A stretch of DNA of 64,000 nucleotides from an uncultured Pelagibacteraceae bacterium (GCA_902622805.1 CACNRG010000001.1:89285-153284), one strand, 5' to 3'. Counted from the stretch's first letter, positions 46,500-57,682 are shown. Notes: generated from the letters alone by a model not told the origin. Numbers and translations are program-made.

Positions 46500-47858
46500 T
46501 TAACCTTTTACAACCTCTCTTGTATTTGCGTTGAAAGATTCTTTAAATGGAATATCCACTACTACTGCATCAACAGGTGTTTCTGATGAATCCGAATATT
46601 TTTCTGGTAAATGGACCTTATATTTAGTTCCAACTTTACCTTTTGGAAATCCATTTTGATTTAATGTTCCATCAAAAGGCACATAGCCCATTGCAATATT
46701 AGTTTTCTTTTCAGGATGCCACCATGGTGAAGTTATAAATCCAACAGGATCTCCACCACCTTCATTTGATATTAACCAAAAATCTGGTGCATAATCATCA
46801 ATAGGTTTTCCACCTAATTCCATTCCAACTAATTGAAGCTTATATGGTTTTTTACCATCCTTGAGTTCTTTGCCCATTTTTTCCAATGCAGTTTTACCAA
46901 CATAGTCAGCTTTTTTATTCCATTCTCCTTTACCTGAAAGTGAAACTTGATAACCTAAATTACATTGAAAAGGATTATGTTGTTGATCCATATCTTGACC
47001 CCATGAGAGAATTCCTGCTTGAATTCTTCTATGGTGTGCTGGTGCAATAACCATTAAATTATGTTTTTTTCCAGCTTCAAGAACTGCATTCCACATATCT
47101 TCAGCATATAAAGTGGCGTTTCTTAAATAAATTTCATATCCAGCCTCCCCTGAAAACCCTGATTGTGAAATTACGCAACTTCTTCCTCCAACTTTAACTT
47201 CTGCTAAACCATAAAAAGGCATATTGTCAAAATCAACTTGATCTCCACAAAGATCTTTCATTAATGCCTTTGATTTGGGTCCCTGTATTTGTACAGGACA
47301 AGCATCAATTTCTTCAATTGTACAGTTAAATCTACCATCGGCATTAACACCTTGAAGATACATACCTATATCAGAGTCAGATAAAGAAAACCAAAACTCA
47401 TCTTTTGAAATTCTTAAAAGTATTGGATCATTTAAAACTCCACCATAAGCATTACATAAAATTACATATCTAGCTCTCATTGGAGAAATTTTGGTTGCAT
47501 CTCTTGTAATTACGTAATCCGTGAATTTTTCTGCATCTGGACCTTTAACTCTTATTTGTCTTTCGACAGCAACATTCCACATAGTAACGTGATTAACAAT
47601 CGCATCATATTCCACCATTGCTCCGCCATCCTCTGGTTTAACGTATCCTCTTGGATGATAAATACGATTATATACAGTTGCTCTCCAACATCCTGCTTGC
47701 ATTGATAAATGCCAATAAGGTGATTTTCTAACCCTTGTTGAAATTAACATTTCAACTTTTGTTGGACCACTCTGTCTTAAATTATATGGTACCTCTCGAT
47801 CAGATTGATCAACTGAAGTAACATGCTTTAGTTTAGTATAATCAAATTCTTTAGACAT
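46500..47858 (-). CDS. GcvT/DmdA-related THF-dependent aminomethyl-/methyltransferase
   Basis: STRVRKSPY, TVYNR, WNVAVERQI...GPDA, NDPILLR, SQSGFSGEAGYEIY, RRIQAGILSWGQD. Confidence 0.85.
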   Translation of the reverse strand: MSKEFDYTKLKHVTSVDQSDREVPYNLRQSGPTKVEMLISTRVRKSPYWHLSMQAGCWRATVYNRIYHPRGYVKPEDGGAMVEYDAIVNHVTMWNVAVERQIRVKGPDAEKFTDYVITRDATKISPMRARYVILCNAYGGVLNDPILLRISKDEFWFSLSDSDIGMYLQGVNADGRFNCTIEEIDACPVQIQGPKSKALMKDLCGDQVDFDNMPFYGLAEVKVGGRSCVISQSGFSGEAGYEIYLRNATLYAEDMWNAVLEAGKKHNLMVIAPAHHRRIQAGILSWGQDMDQQHNPFQCNLGYQVSLSGKGEWNKKADYVGKTALEKMGKELKDGKKPYKLQLVGMELGGKPIDDYAPDFWLISNEGGGDPVGFITSPWWHPEKKTNIAMGYVPFDGTLNQNGFPKGKVGTKYKVHLPEKYSDSSETPVDAVVVDIPFKESFNANTREVVKG

Positions 47859-48579
47859 AACTATTCTCCTTCAACCACTTGTTAGTTTCCTTCAAGCCGC
47901 CGAATGTATAAATGTGGAAGAAATCAGTATGCGATTTAACTTTCCCAATTAAATCATTAGGGTCTTTAGGTTTCAATAAATCTAACGCCTTAGTAAAATT
48001 AGATTTAAGAAAATTAAGGGAATTTTTTGCTCCAACAATATTAGCAAATTTAATTAAGCTAGATATTTTTAGAGGTCCAGTAATTCCCACATGCACTGGT
48101 ACGCTTTGTTTAGAAATAAAATCTATAATAGGCTGGGGATCTAATAACCATTGGGTTACTATATAATCAGCGTAAGGCTTTTTATCTATCATAGCTTTTT
48201 CTAATTCTGAGTCGGATATATCAGGACTACCCTCAGGGTGTCCAGCAATTCCTATCTTCATTTTTTCAAAATAACCGGTCTCCAAAAGTTGAAATGAACT
48301 ATCAAATTTTCCTACAGGCTCTCTACCACCACCTATAATCAGAGCTTGTTTAACACCCCCATCTTTGCAGATATTAACATAATCTTTAAGCTCTTTTTCA
48401 TTATGCATAGATCTAGCTGGAAAATGTGGAACCGGATTAAATCCTTTTTTAACAAGCTCAACTGCTTGTTGTGCAGTTTCTTTATAATCCCCGCCAGGCA
48501 ACATTGTAATATAAATATCACTAACTGGTGGAACAGTAGTTAGATCTGTTGTTGGACTGATTTCTAAAGAAAAATTCAT
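47851..48579 (-). CDS. metF: Methylenetetrahydrofolate reductase-like protein
   Basis: FSLEISP, PVPHFPAR, IAGHPEG, YIVTQW, HIYTFGG. 8-nt overlap with the aminomethyltransferase gene. Confidence 0.8.
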   Translation of the reverse strand: MNFSLEISPTTDLTTVPPVSDIYITMLPGGDYKETAQQAVELVKKGFNPVPHFPARSMHNEKELKDYVNICKDGGVKQALIIGGGREPVGKFDSSFQLLETGYFEKMKIGIAGHPEGSPDISDSELEKAMIDKKPYADYIVTQWLLDPQPIIDFISKQSVPVHVGITGPLKISSLIKFANIVGAKNSLNFLKSNFTKALDLLKPKDPNDLIGKVKSHTDFFHIYTFGGLKETNKWLKENSYV

Positions 48580-48682
48580 TTTTCAGATCATTATCTTTTT
48601 TAAAAAAGCTGTCAAAGAATTTAATTAAATGACGCAATAAATTATGTTGCTTAAAATTTGGGGGTTGTTAACTATTTAAATA

Positions 48683-49090
48683 ATGAAGATTATATTAATA
48701 ATGGGTTTACCAGGGTCAGGCAAAACAACCTTAGCCTCTGAATTAGTGCCTTTATTAAAAGCAAAGTGGTTAAATGCTGATGAGGTTAGAAAAGAGGCAA
48801 ATGATTGGGATTTCTCACCTGAGGGAAGAACTAGACAAGCGAAAAGGATGTGGGAAAAAGCAAAAGAATTCAAAAATTTAGGCAATAATGTAGTAGCTGA
48901 CTTTATATGTCCAACTCCAGCAGCACGTGCATTGTTTCCTGCCGATTATATTATATGGATGGACACAATTAAAGAAGGAAGATTTGATGATACTAATAAA
49001 ATGTTCATCAAGCCAGAAAAGTTTGACTATCATGTTACGACTTTGGATGCTAAAAATTGGGCTCCAAAAATATTTAAGGAAATAGACTGA
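48683..49090 (+). CDS. Short adenylylsulfate-kinase-like P-loop kinase
   Basis: GLPGSGKTT, LNADEVR, DFSPEGR, ADFICP. Shorter than CysC. Confidence 0.75.
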   Translation: MKIILIMGLPGSGKTTLASELVPLLKAKWLNADEVRKEANDWDFSPEGRTRQAKRMWEKAKEFKNLGNNVVADFICPTPAARALFPADYIIWMDTIKEGRFDDTNKMFIKPEKFDYHVTTLDAKNWAPKIFKEID

Positions 49091-49464
49091 TGTCTTATAA
49101 ATGGGATAATAAAAAACCAACAGCTCAAATGTTAGGAAGATGGCAACCATTTCATGACGGTCATTATACTTTATTTAAAGAGATAATAAAAAAAACTGGG
49201 CAAGTTTGCATACAGATAAGGGATGTTCAGGGTGTTGACGATAACCCATTTGATTTTGAAACTGTAAAAAAAAATATTGAGGACAAACTAAATCCAGAAT
49301 ATGAAGGACGTTTTAAAATCATGTTAGTTCCAAATATTACAAACATTTGTTATGGAAGAGGTGTAGGATATAAAATAGAGGAAATTGTCCTATCTGAAGA
49401 AATTCAAAAAATTTCTGCTACTAAAATTAGAGCCAAGATGAGAGAAGAGGGTAAGCTCAAGTAA
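49090..49464 (+). CDS. Cytidylyltransferase-like nucleotidyltransferase
   Basis: GRWQPFHDGH (HxGH), NPF, ISATKIR. 1-nt overlap with the kinase. Confidence 0.8.
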   Translation: MSYKWDNKKPTAQMLGRWQPFHDGHYTLFKEIIKKTGQVCIQIRDVQGVDDNPFDFETVKKNIEDKLNPEYEGRFKIMLVPNITNICYGRGVGYKIEEIVLSEEIQKISATKIRAKMREEGKLK

Positions 49465-49470
49465 TTTTTG

Positions 49471-50244
49471 ATGAATATTAAAACCATCAATCTTAATAAA
49501 GATATAGTAAGAGTTATAATTAATGAACCCAAAACATATAATTCTTTATCTTACAAAAATTTAAAAAATTTAATAAATGTTTTTAAAAAACTAGACAAAG
49601 ATAAAAAAGTAAAAGTAATAATCTTAGAGGGTGCTGGGAGAGGTTTCAGTGCCGGTCATAATTTAAAAGAAGTAAAAGATCTCAAGAAAAAAGAGAGATA
49701 TAAAAAGTTATTTAACCTTTGTTCTAAGTTAATGCTTCAAATAGTTGAAGGCAGAAAACCTGTTATTGCAAAAGTGCATGGAGCAGCATTTGCAGCAGGT
49801 TGTCAATTAGTTGCAAGTTGTGATTTAGCTTATAGTACTAATGATGCACTTTTTGCAACTCCTGGAGTAAACATAGGATTATTTTGTAGCACCCCAATGG
49901 TAGCTGTTAGTAGAAAAATTAATAGAAAGCCTATGATGAAAATGCTTCTTACAGGTGAACCCATTAAGGCAAATTATGCAAAAGAGATTGGTTTAATAAA
50001 TGATTATTTTTCAAAATCTAAACTTAATAAAGAGATTTTCAAAATTGCAAAAAAAATTGCATCTAAATCGAACTTAACAATCAAAATTGGAAAACAAGCT
50101 TTCTACAAGCAGTTAGAAATGCCTTTGAGAAAAGCATATTCCTACACAAGTAGAATGATGACTATAAATATGATGGCAATGGACGCAAAGGAGGGGATTT
50201 CTGCTTTTTTAGAAAAAAGAAAGCCCCATTGGAAAAATAAGTGA
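49471..50244 (+). CDS. Enoyl-CoA hydratase/isomerase family protein
   Basis: FSAGHNLKE, PVIAKVHG.A.AAGCQLVASCDLA, FATPGVNIGLFCSTP, EGISAFLEKRKP.W. Confidence 0.9.
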   Translation: MNIKTINLNKDIVRVIINEPKTYNSLSYKNLKNLINVFKKLDKDKKVKVIILEGAGRGFSAGHNLKEVKDLKKKERYKKLFNLCSKLMLQIVEGRKPVIAKVHGAAFAAGCQLVASCDLAYSTNDALFATPGVNIGLFCSTPMVAVSRKINRKPMMKMLLTGEPIKANYAKEIGLINDYFSKSKLNKEIFKIAKKIASKSNLTIKIGKQAFYKQLEMPLRKAYSYTSRMMTINMMAMDAKEGISAFLEKRKPHWKNK

Positions 50245-50429
50245 AATTTAAAAATTACATTACTATTATTTTAATAATTTTAGGTCTTTATCTTATTTTT
50301 ACTTTTAGAGACCATAATTTTAAAAGAGCAATAGATGCATGCGTTGCAGGCAGTCAAAAATTGGAAAAACCTATGACCACTCAAGAAGCTAAAAAATTTT
50401 GTGAAGATAAAATAATAGGTAATAAATAA
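50241..50429 (+). CDS. Small hypothetical membrane-anchored protein
   Basis: 62 aa, N-terminal TM segment, two Cys, GTG start overlapping the upstream stop. Confidence 0.55.
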   Translation: MKFKNYITIILIILGLYLIFTFRDHNFKRAIDACVAGSQKLEKPMTTQEAKKFCEDKIIGNK

Positions 50430-50432
50430 AAA

Positions 50433-50834
50433 ATGAAAAATACTAAAGAAATTTTAAATAAATATAAAAATATTGCATTAGTGGGTGCGAGTAAAGATTT
50501 AACAAAGATATCTTCAATTGTAATGAAATTTTTGCAAGATTTTGGCTTTAAAGTCTATCCTGTTAATCCATCCATGAAAGGTGAAAAAATATTAGGTGAG
50601 AAAGTTTTTGGAAATATTTCAGAAATTGATAGTCCAGTAGAGATAATAAATGTATTTAGGCCATCAAATGAAGTTATGGAAATAGCCAAAGAGGCAATAA
50701 AAATAAAAGCAAAAGTTTTATGGTTACAATTAGATATAAAAAATAAAGAAGCAAAAAAAATTGTTGAAGAAAAAAATATTATTTACGTCGAAAACAAATG
50801 TACAAAAATAGAGTTCGAAAAACATTTTAATTAA
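50433..50834 (+). CDS. CoA-binding protein (YccU-like)
   Basis: IALVGAS, VYPVNP, ILGE, NVFRP, LWLQ, NKC.KIE. Confidence 0.88.
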   Translation: MKNTKEILNKYKNIALVGASKDLTKISSIVMKFLQDFGFKVYPVNPSMKGEKILGEKVFGNISEIDSPVEIINVFRPSNEVMEIAKEAIKIKAKVLWLQLDIKNKEAKKIVEEKNIIYVENKCTKIEFEKHFN

Positions 50835-51403
50835 TGAAAAAAATTTTTATTGTTTATGGACATTATGATGAAAAATCTTTTAATTCTGCGATTCTCGACA
50901 CATTTAGAAAAACTGTAGAAAATAATGGTCATCAAGTTGATATAGTTGACTTATACAAGGAAAAATTTGATCCTGTATTTTCAGGCGAAGAACCTGACAA
51001 TGTTGTTTTAGATCATAGAAAAAGAATAGAAAGTTCTGATGCAATAGTATTAATCGCACCTATATGGAATTTCAGAATGCCGGCAATTGTGGAAGGATGG
51101 ATTGATAAGGTTCTTGCACCACCTTGGGCTTTTAGATTTAAGAAATTATTTGGAAATTATGGTTATCCGCTTGGAAATTTAAAAGGAAAAAAAGCAGTAG
51201 TTTTTTGTACTTATGGCTCCCCACAATTTGCTGTAAGAACATTCTTTTTAAATATGCCAACAAAAAGATTAAGAAGAGGAGTTTTTAATATATGCGGCAT
51301 AAGGGATGTGGTATATCGAAGATACTTTGCAGTACCATTTGTAGAGGACAAAAAAAGAAAAAAATTTTTAGAAGATGTTAAAAAAACTGCAAATAATATT
51401 TAA
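50834..51403 (+). CDS. Flavodoxin-fold NAD(P)H-dependent (quinone) oxidoreductase
   Basis: H...SFN, DLY...FDP, PIWNF..PAIVEGWIDKV. Confidence 0.85.
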   Translation: MKKIFIVYGHYDEKSFNSAILDTFRKTVENNGHQVDIVDLYKEKFDPVFSGEEPDNVVLDHRKRIESSDAIVLIAPIWNFRMPAIVEGWIDKVLAPPWAFRFKKLFGNYGYPLGNLKGKKAVVFCTYGSPQFAVRTFFLNMPTKRLRRGVFNICGIRDVVYRRYFAVPFVEDKKRKKFLEDVKKTANNI

Positions 51404-51848
51404 AGTTTTAATTATTCTTGTCTTTTCAATTTCAATAACAAAAGCTGAATTACTTAAACCTAATAGCAATATAAAACCTTCAAAAGTTGTTGAGATCCAA
51501 TTGAACGGTCTCCAAAAAAATGACATTAATTATAAAGATAGTGGGATCGTACAAACTTGGAATTTCGCTCATCCAAGTAATAAAAAAAGTACTGGTCCTT
51601 TGCCAAATTTTAAGATGATGATTAAAGGAAATTCTTATCAAATGCTTCTTAATCATTTAAGCCACACAATTACAAAGGTAGGAGGTGGTGACAAATGGGC
51701 ACAATTTGAGGTTATAATTTTAGATAAAGACAAGATCTACCATAAGTTCAACTGGCAAGTAGAAAAATATACTGAAGATGGACCCCTTAAAGACTGTTGG
51801 TTGACCACTATGGTTTCTAGCCCAATTGCACTAGGAAGTTCAATTTGA
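51375..51848 (+). CDS. Hypothetical exported protein (DUF4864-like)
   Basis: Signal/TM segment, VVEIQL..LQ.ND, WNFAHP.N...TGP, CWLT. Confidence 0.6.
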   Translation: MLKKLQIIFKVLIILVFSISITKAELLKPNSNIKPSKVVEIQLNGLQKNDINYKDSGIVQTWNFAHPSNKKSTGPLPNFKMMIKGNSYQMLLNHLSHTITKVGGGDKWAQFEVIILDKDKIYHKFNWQVEKYTEDGPLKDCWLTTMVSSPIALGSSI

Positions 51849-51904
51849 TCATACATAATACAATTTTGTTTCGTTATGAATAAAAATTTAGTAGGAATCG
51901 TTTA

Positions 51905-54337
51905 ATGAAATCTAAAGCTAAAGTCGTCGTAGTCGGTGGAGGAGTAGTTGGAGTAAGTGCTCTTTATCATTTAGCAAAAAAAGGCTGGTCTGATGTTGTT
52001 TTAATTGAAAGAAAAGAATTAACTTCAGGCTCAACTTGGCATGCAGCGGGATTATTACCTCTTTTTAATATGAGTTATTCTGTTGGTCAACTTCACAAGT
52101 ACGCAGTAAATCTTTATAAAAAATTAGAAGAGGAGACCGGTAAGAATGTTGGCTTCAGTGTTGTTTCAAATATCCGTCTAGCAAGCACAAAAGATAGAAT
52201 GGATGAGTATCATCAATATGCTGGTGTAGCCAAAACAATCGGTGTTGATGTTAAATTTTTAACGCCTCAACAAGTAAAAGAAATTTGGCCTCTTTGTCAT
52301 ACTGATGATTTAGTTGGAGCAATTCAACACCCTGAAGATGGATATATTCAACCCGCAGATCTAACTCAAGCCCTTGCTACAGGTGCAAGAAATAGAGGAG
52401 CAGAAATTTATAGAAACACGACAGTGTTATCAATGAGACAAACTAAAGATGGATGGATTGTTGAAACAGATAAAGGTTCGATAGAATGTGAACATGTTAT
52501 TTCTTGCTCAGGAAATTTTGCAAGACAAACTGGAGAAATGGTTGGATTAGATATCCCAGTGATACCAGTTGAACATCAGTATATCGTAACTGAACCACAT
52601 CCAGAGATACAAAAAAGAAAAAAAGAAGGTCTACCAGAGATGGGTGTATTAAGAGATAGTGATAGCAGATGGTATATGAGGGAAGAAGCTGGTGGACTAA
52701 TATTAGGTCCATATGAAGATGGTGCACCAGCATGTTATGTTGAAGGTCCCTCAAAAGACTCTGAATATGAATTGTTTCAAGAAGATTTAGATAGACTTGC
52801 TCCACACATTGAAGGAGCAATACATAGAGTACCAGCATTTGGTGAAGTAGGTGTCAAAAAGGTTTATAATGGAGCAATATGTTATACACCAGATGGTAAT
52901 CCTATTGTTGGTCCAGCCTGGGGACTTAAAAATTTTTGGATTAATGAGGGGCATAGTTTTGGAATAACTGCAGCAGGTGGAGCAGGCTGGCAATTAGCAG
53001 AATGGATTGTAGATGGTGAACCAACCATTGATATGCTTGGTGTTGAACCTAGACGTTATGGAAATTATGCAACAAAGTCATATCTTAAAGCAAAAAATGA
53101 GGAAGCTTACAGCCACGTATTTATCGTTCATTATCCTGACGAAGAAAGACCAGCTGCTAGACCTTTAAGAACATCGCCTTGTTATGAAAGAATGAAAGAT
53201 CTTGGAGCTGTTTTTGGACAAAAATTTGGATGGGAAAGACCAAATTTTTTTGCAACTGACGGTATGGAACAAAAAGATGATTGGTCTTTTAGAAGATCAA
53301 AATGGTTTGATGCAATTAAGAAAGAATGTGAAAATGTTAAAAAGAATGTTGGAATTTTAGATATGACAGCCTTTGCAAAATGTAGAATTAAAGGTCCAAA
53401 GGCAGAGGAATTTTTAGACTATTTAGTAGCTAACAAACTTCCAAAAAAAATTGGAAGAATTAATCTTTGTCATGCACTAAATACTAAAGGTGGTGTTCAT
53501 TCAGAATTTACAATTATGAAGGAAGCTGAAAATAGTTATTACCTAGTTTCTGCTGGAGCAAATTTAAGATTAGACCATGATTGGATCCAAAAATGGATGC
53601 CAACGGATGGGTCAGTAATATTTGAAGATTTAACAAATAGTACGGGTGTGCTTGTAGTTGCTGGCCCAAAAGCTAGAGAATTAATGCAGAAAGTTTCAAC
53701 AGATGATTTTTCAAATGAAAATTTTAAATGGCTGACAGCTAAAAATGTTAATGTTGGTTATGCACCAGTTAATGCTATGAGAGTAAATTTTGTTGGTGAA
53801 CTTGGTTGGGAATTGCATCACCCAATTGAATATCAAAACCATATTTTTGATAAATTAATGGAGGCAGGTAAGGATCTCGGTCTCAAACCATTTGGAATAA
53901 GAGCTATGAACAGTTTAAGAGTTGAAAAATCTTATAAACTTGTAGGAACTGAACTATCAATTGAATATTCACCTTATGAGTCTGGCCTAGATAGATTTAT
54001 TCATCCTAATAAAGGAAATTTTATAGGACTTGAAGCACTAAACAAATGGAGAGAAAAGGGTTTTGATAATAAGCTAGTAACATTAGAGGTTCATAATACT
54101 ACAGATTCAGATGTATTAGGAAACAACCCGATTTATAAAGATGACAAAGTTGTTGGAAGAGCGACAGGTGGAGAATATGGTTTTAGATTAGATAAATCTA
54201 TAGCTTTAGCGATGGTAAAACCTGATTTAGCAAATGTGGGTGAAAAACTTAAAGTTGATATTCTTGGAAAAATGTACGAGGCTACAATACTTGATGAAAG
54301 TCCATACGATTCTGAAAATAAATTATTGAGAGCTTAA
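51905..54337 (+). CDS. Dimethylglycine/sarcosine dehydrogenase family protein (FAD oxidoreductase + GcvT domain)
   Basis: [16 protein letters not shown] (flavinylation His), [34 protein letters not shown]. Coupled to the etf genes. Confidence 0.9.
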   Translation: MKSKAKVVVVGGGVVGVSALYHLAKKGWSDVVLIERKELTSGSTWHAAGLLPLFNMSYSVGQLHKYAVNLYKKLEEETGKNVGFSVVSNIRLASTKDRMDEYHQYAGVAKTIGVDVKFLTPQQVKEIWPLCHTDDLVGAIQHPEDGYIQPADLTQALATGARNRGAEIYRNTTVLSMRQTKDGWIVETDKGSIECEHVISCSGNFARQTGEMVGLDIPVIPVEHQYIVTEPHPEIQKRKKEGLPEMGVLRDSDSRWYMREEAGGLILGPYEDGAPACYVEGPSKDSEYELFQEDLDRLAPHIEGAIHRVPAFGEVGVKKVYNGAICYTPDGNPIVGPAWGLKNFWINEGHSFGITAAGGAGWQLAEWIVDGEPTIDMLGVEPRRYGNYATKSYLKAKNEEAYSHVFIVHYPDEERPAARPLRTSPCYERMKDLGAVFGQKFGWERPNFFATDGMEQKDDWSFRRSKWFDAIKKECENVKKNVGILDMTAFAKCRIKGPKAEEFLDYLVANKLPKKIGRINLCHALNTKGGVHSEFTIMKEAENSYYLVSAGANLRLDHDWIQKWMPTDGSVIFEDLTNSTGVLVVAGPKARELMQKVSTDDFSNENFKWLTAKNVNVGYAPVNAMRVNFVGELGWELHHPIEYQNHIFDKLMEAGKDLGLKPFGIRAMNSLRVEKSYKLVGTELSIEYSPYESGLDRFIHPNKGNFIGLEALNKWREKGFDNKLVTLEVHNTTDSDVLGNNPIYKDDKVVGRATGGEYGFRLDKSIALAMVKPDLANVGEKLKVDILGKMYEATILDESPYDSENKLLRA

Positions 54338-55086
54338 TGAAAATTTTAGTCGCAGTAAAAAGAGTAATTGATTATAATGTGCAAATCAGAGTAAAAGAAG
54401 ATAACACTGGTGTGGTAACTGAAAATGTTAAAATGTCGACTAATCCGCCAGATGATAATGCTATTGAGGAAGCAGTTAAAATTAAAGAGTCAGGGAAAGC
54501 AACTGAAGTAGTCGCGGTGAGCGTTGGAGAAGAAAAAGCTCAAGAAACTGTTCGTAAAGCATTAGCTGTAGGAGCTGATAGAGGTATTCTTATTAAAGCT
54601 GATGGAATTTTAGAACCTTTGGCTGTATCTAAATTGTTACAAAAAATTGTTGAAAAAGAAAAACCAGATTTAGTTTTTATGGGGAAACAGGCCATTGATG
54701 ATGATTGTAACCAAACAGGTCAAATGTTAAGTGCTATGCTAAATTGGCCTCAAGCAACATTTGCTTCTAAGATTGAGATCAAAGATAAAAAACTTGAGGT
54801 TACTAGAGAGATTGATGAGGGTTTAGAGACGATAGAAATTAATATACCCGCAATAGTCACTTGTGATTTAAGACTAAATGAACCTAGATATGCTTCATTA
54901 CCAAACATAATGAAAGCAAAGAAAAAACCTATCGAACAATTGAATGCGTCAGATTTAGGAGTAGATACTTCTCCAAGAATCGAGCAAATTAAAGTTGAAG
55001 AGCCACCGAAAAGAAAAGCAGGAATAAAAGTTAAAAGTGTGGCTGAGCTAGTACAAAAATTAAAAAATGAGGCAAAAGTAATATAA
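54337..55086 (+). CDS. etfB: Electron transfer flavoprotein beta subunit
   Basis: [42 protein letters not shown]. Confidence 0.95.
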   Translation: MKILVAVKRVIDYNVQIRVKEDNTGVVTENVKMSTNPPDDNAIEEAVKIKESGKATEVVAVSVGEEKAQETVRKALAVGADRGILIKADGILEPLAVSKLLQKIVEKEKPDLVFMGKQAIDDDCNQTGQMLSAMLNWPQATFASKIEIKDKKLEVTREIDEGLETIEINIPAIVTCDLRLNEPRYASLPNIMKAKKKPIEQLNASDLGVDTSPRIEQIKVEEPPKRKAGIKVKSVAELVQKLKNEAKVI

Positions 55087-56039
55087 TGTCAGTTTTATTA
55101 ATAGCGGAACATAATAATAAAGAATTAAAATCTTTTACACTTAATGCTGTAACTGCAGCTTCTCAAATGGATTCAGACCTTCATGCAGTAATTATTGGTA
55201 ATAATTGCGGAGATGCAGCGAAAAAACTTTCAGAATTACCACTGGTAAAAAAAGTTATTCAAGTTGAAGCAGCTCATTATGAAAATTTTGTAGCAGAAAA
55301 TTTTGCACCAGTAATTGTGAAATTGGCAGAAAACTACTCACATGTTGTTTGTTCAGCGAATACTTTTGGTAAAAATTTAATGCCACGAATTGCAGCCGCT
55401 TTAGACACTTCTCAAGTCAGTGATATTATTAAAGTAATTTCTGCAGATACATTTTTAAGACCTATTTATGCTGGAAATGCGTTTGCAACAGTAAAAAGTA
55501 AAGATCCAAAAAAATGTATTACTATTAGACCTACTTCATTTGACCCATGTGAAAGCTCAGGTGGATCCGCACCAATAGAAAAGGCTGAACCAAGCGAAGA
55601 GTTTAACAGCACCAAATTTGTGAAAAGAGAAGAAATTAAGTCAGATAGACCAGAGCTTGGAACTGCAAGAGTAGTTGTGTCTGGAGGAAGAGGAATGCAA
55701 AGTGGAGATAATTTCAAATTAATTACATCTGTAGCTGATAAGTTAAATGCAGCAATCGGAGCATCAAGAGCAGCAGTTGATGCTGGATATATAAGTAATG
55801 ATCACCAAGTTGGACAAACAGGAAAAGTTGTTGTACCAGATTTGTATATTGCAATTGGGATTTCAGGTGCAATTCAGCATTTAGCTGGGATGAAAGAAAG
55901 TAAAGTAATTGTTGCAATTAATAAGGACGGCGAAGCCCCTATCTTTAGTGTTGCAGACTACGGTTTAGAAGCCGATTTATTTGAAGCTCTTCCTCAATTT
56001 ATTGAGGAACTGAACAAATTAAACACTATACAAAAATAA
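55086..56039 (+). CDS. etfA: Electron transfer flavoprotein alpha subunit
   Basis: RPIYAGNA, VSGGRG, GASRAAVDAG, QVGQTGK, GISGAIQHLAGM. Confidence 0.95.
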   Translation: MSVLLIAEHNNKELKSFTLNAVTAASQMDSDLHAVIIGNNCGDAAKKLSELPLVKKVIQVEAAHYENFVAENFAPVIVKLAENYSHVVCSANTFGKNLMPRIAAALDTSQVSDIIKVISADTFLRPIYAGNAFATVKSKDPKKCITIRPTSFDPCESSGGSAPIEKAEPSEEFNSTKFVKREEIKSDRPELGTARVVVSGGRGMQSGDNFKLITSVADKLNAAIGASRAAVDAGYISNDHQVGQTGKVVVPDLYIAIGISGAIQHLAGMKESKVIVAINKDGEAPIFSVADYGLEADLFEALPQFIEELNKLNTIQK

Positions 56040-56062
56040 TATAATCTGTAAAAAATTAACTT

Positions 56063-57682
56063 ATGTCCAGAGAGTCAATGGAGTATGATGTTGTTATTGT
56101 TGGTGGGGGACCATCAGGATTATCAACAGCTATAAAATTAAAACAATTAAACTCAGATCTAAATGTTTGTATTTTGGAAAAAGCATCTGAAATTGGTGCA
56201 CATATTTTAAGTGGTAATGTATTTGAAACAAGAGCACTAGATGAGCTAATCCCAAATTGGAGAGATTTAAATGCTCCAATAAAAACTAAAGTTTCAAAAG
56301 AAAAATTTTTATTTTTAGGAAAAACAAAATCTTTAAGTTGGCCCACATGGTTGTTACCTGCTGTCCAAAAAAATCATAATAATTATATTATAAGCCTTGC
56401 AAATTTATGTAGATGGCTTGCAGAACAAGCTGAGAGCTTAGGAGTAGAAATTTTTCCAGGATTTCCAGCTAGCGAAATTTTATATAATGAGAATGGATCT
56501 GTTAGAGGTGTAGCTACTCAAGATATGGGCATAGATAAAGATGGAAATAAAAAAGATAGTTTCGAACCTGGTATTGAACTTTTAGGTAAAGTAACTGTTT
56601 TTGCAGAAGGGTGCAGAGGTCATTTAGGAAAACAATTAATTGAAAAATTTGAATTAAATAAAGATAAAGATCCTCAACAATATGGAATTGGATTTAAAGA
56701 AATTTGGGAAATAGATGATAAAAATCATGAAGAAGGTTTGGTTATGCATACTGCAGGGTGGCCATTAGACAACAGTACTTATGGTGGTAGTTTTATGTAC
56801 CATGCAGAAAATAAACAAGTTTTTCTGGGATATGTAATTGGTTTAGATTACAAAAACCCTCACTTATCTCCTTATGATGAATTTCAGAGATTCAAAACAC
56901 ATCCAGCAATTAAAAAAATTATAGAGGGTGGAAAAAGAATATCTTACGGAGCCAGAGCTTTAATTGAAGGCGGATTTCAAAGTTTGCCAAGAATGTTTAT
57001 GCCTGGAGCTTTATTAGTAGGTTGTGATGCTGGAACTTTAAACATGCCAAAAATTAAAGGTTCTCATACCGCAATGAAAAGTGGAATAATTGCTGCTGAA
57101 ACTATTAATGAACATTTAAAAGAAAAAAAGGATTTATCTATTTATGAAGATAAATTTAAAAATAGCTGGTTATATAAAGAACTTTATGAAGCTAGAAATG
57201 TAAAGCCTAGTTTTAGTTGGGGATTAATTTTAGGAATAATATTTACAGGAATTGATCAAATTTTATTTAGAGGAAGGATGCCTTTTACTCTTAAACATAA
57301 ACATGCTGACCATGAAACATTAAAGCCTGCAAATGAAATGCCTAGAATAGATTATCCAAAATATGATAATATAATTACTTTTGATAAAACGAGTTCTGTT
57401 TATCTTACAGGGACTAATCATGTAGACAATCAACCAGTCCATTTAAAACTTAAAAATCCTAATCTTCCAATTAATTATACTTTAGAAAAATTTGACGAAC
57501 CTGCTCAAAGATATTGTCCTGCTGGAGTATATGAAATTCAAAAAGAAAATGATTATAATAAATTTGTAATAAATTCACAAAATTGTATTCATTGCAAAAC
57601 TTGTGATATTAAAGAGCCATCACAAAATATTATCTGGATTACCCCGGAAGGTGGAGGTGGTCCTAAATATGGTAATATGTAA
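56063..57682 (+). CDS. ETF-ubiquinone oxidoreductase
   Basis: IVGGGPSGLS, GAHILSG, KIKGSHTAMKSG, CPAGVYE, CIHCKTCDIK [4Fe-4S] motif. Confidence 0.95.
   Translation: MSRESMEYDVVIVGGGPSGLSTAIKLKQLNSDLNVCILEKASEIGAHILSGNVFETRALDELIPNWRDLNAPIKTKVSKEKFLFLGKTKSLSWPTWLLPAVQKNHNNYIISLANLCRWLAEQAESLGVEIFPGFPASEILYNENGSVRGVATQDMGIDKDGNKKDSFEPGIELLGKVTVFAEGCRGHLGKQLIEKFELNKDKDPQQYGIGFKEIWEIDDKNHEEGLVMHTAGWPLDNSTYGGSFMYHAENKQVFLGYVIGLDYKNPHLSPYDEFQRFKTHPAIKKIIEGGKRISYGARALIEGGFQSLPRMFMPGALLVGCDAGTLNMPKIKGSHTAMKSGIIAAETINEHLKEKKDLSIYEDKFKNSWLYKELYEARNVKPSFSWGLILGIIFTGIDQILFRGRMPFTLKHKHADHETLKPANEMPRIDYPKYDNIITFDKTSSVYLTGTNHVDNQPVHLKLKNPNLPINYTLEKFDEPAQRYCPAGVYEIQKENDYNKFVINSQNCIHCKTCDIKEPSQNIIWITPEGGGGPKYGNM

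Noticed and set aside
46500-47858. Calling this gene gcvT or dmdA
   Set aside because: It is longer than either, has no gcvH or gcvP neighbours, and is only partly similar to recalled DmdA. The substrate cannot be assigned from sequence.
48683-49090. cysC as evidence for assimilatory sulfate reduction
   Set aside because: The protein is truncated relative to CysC and no cysDN, cysH or cysIJ genes are in the window.
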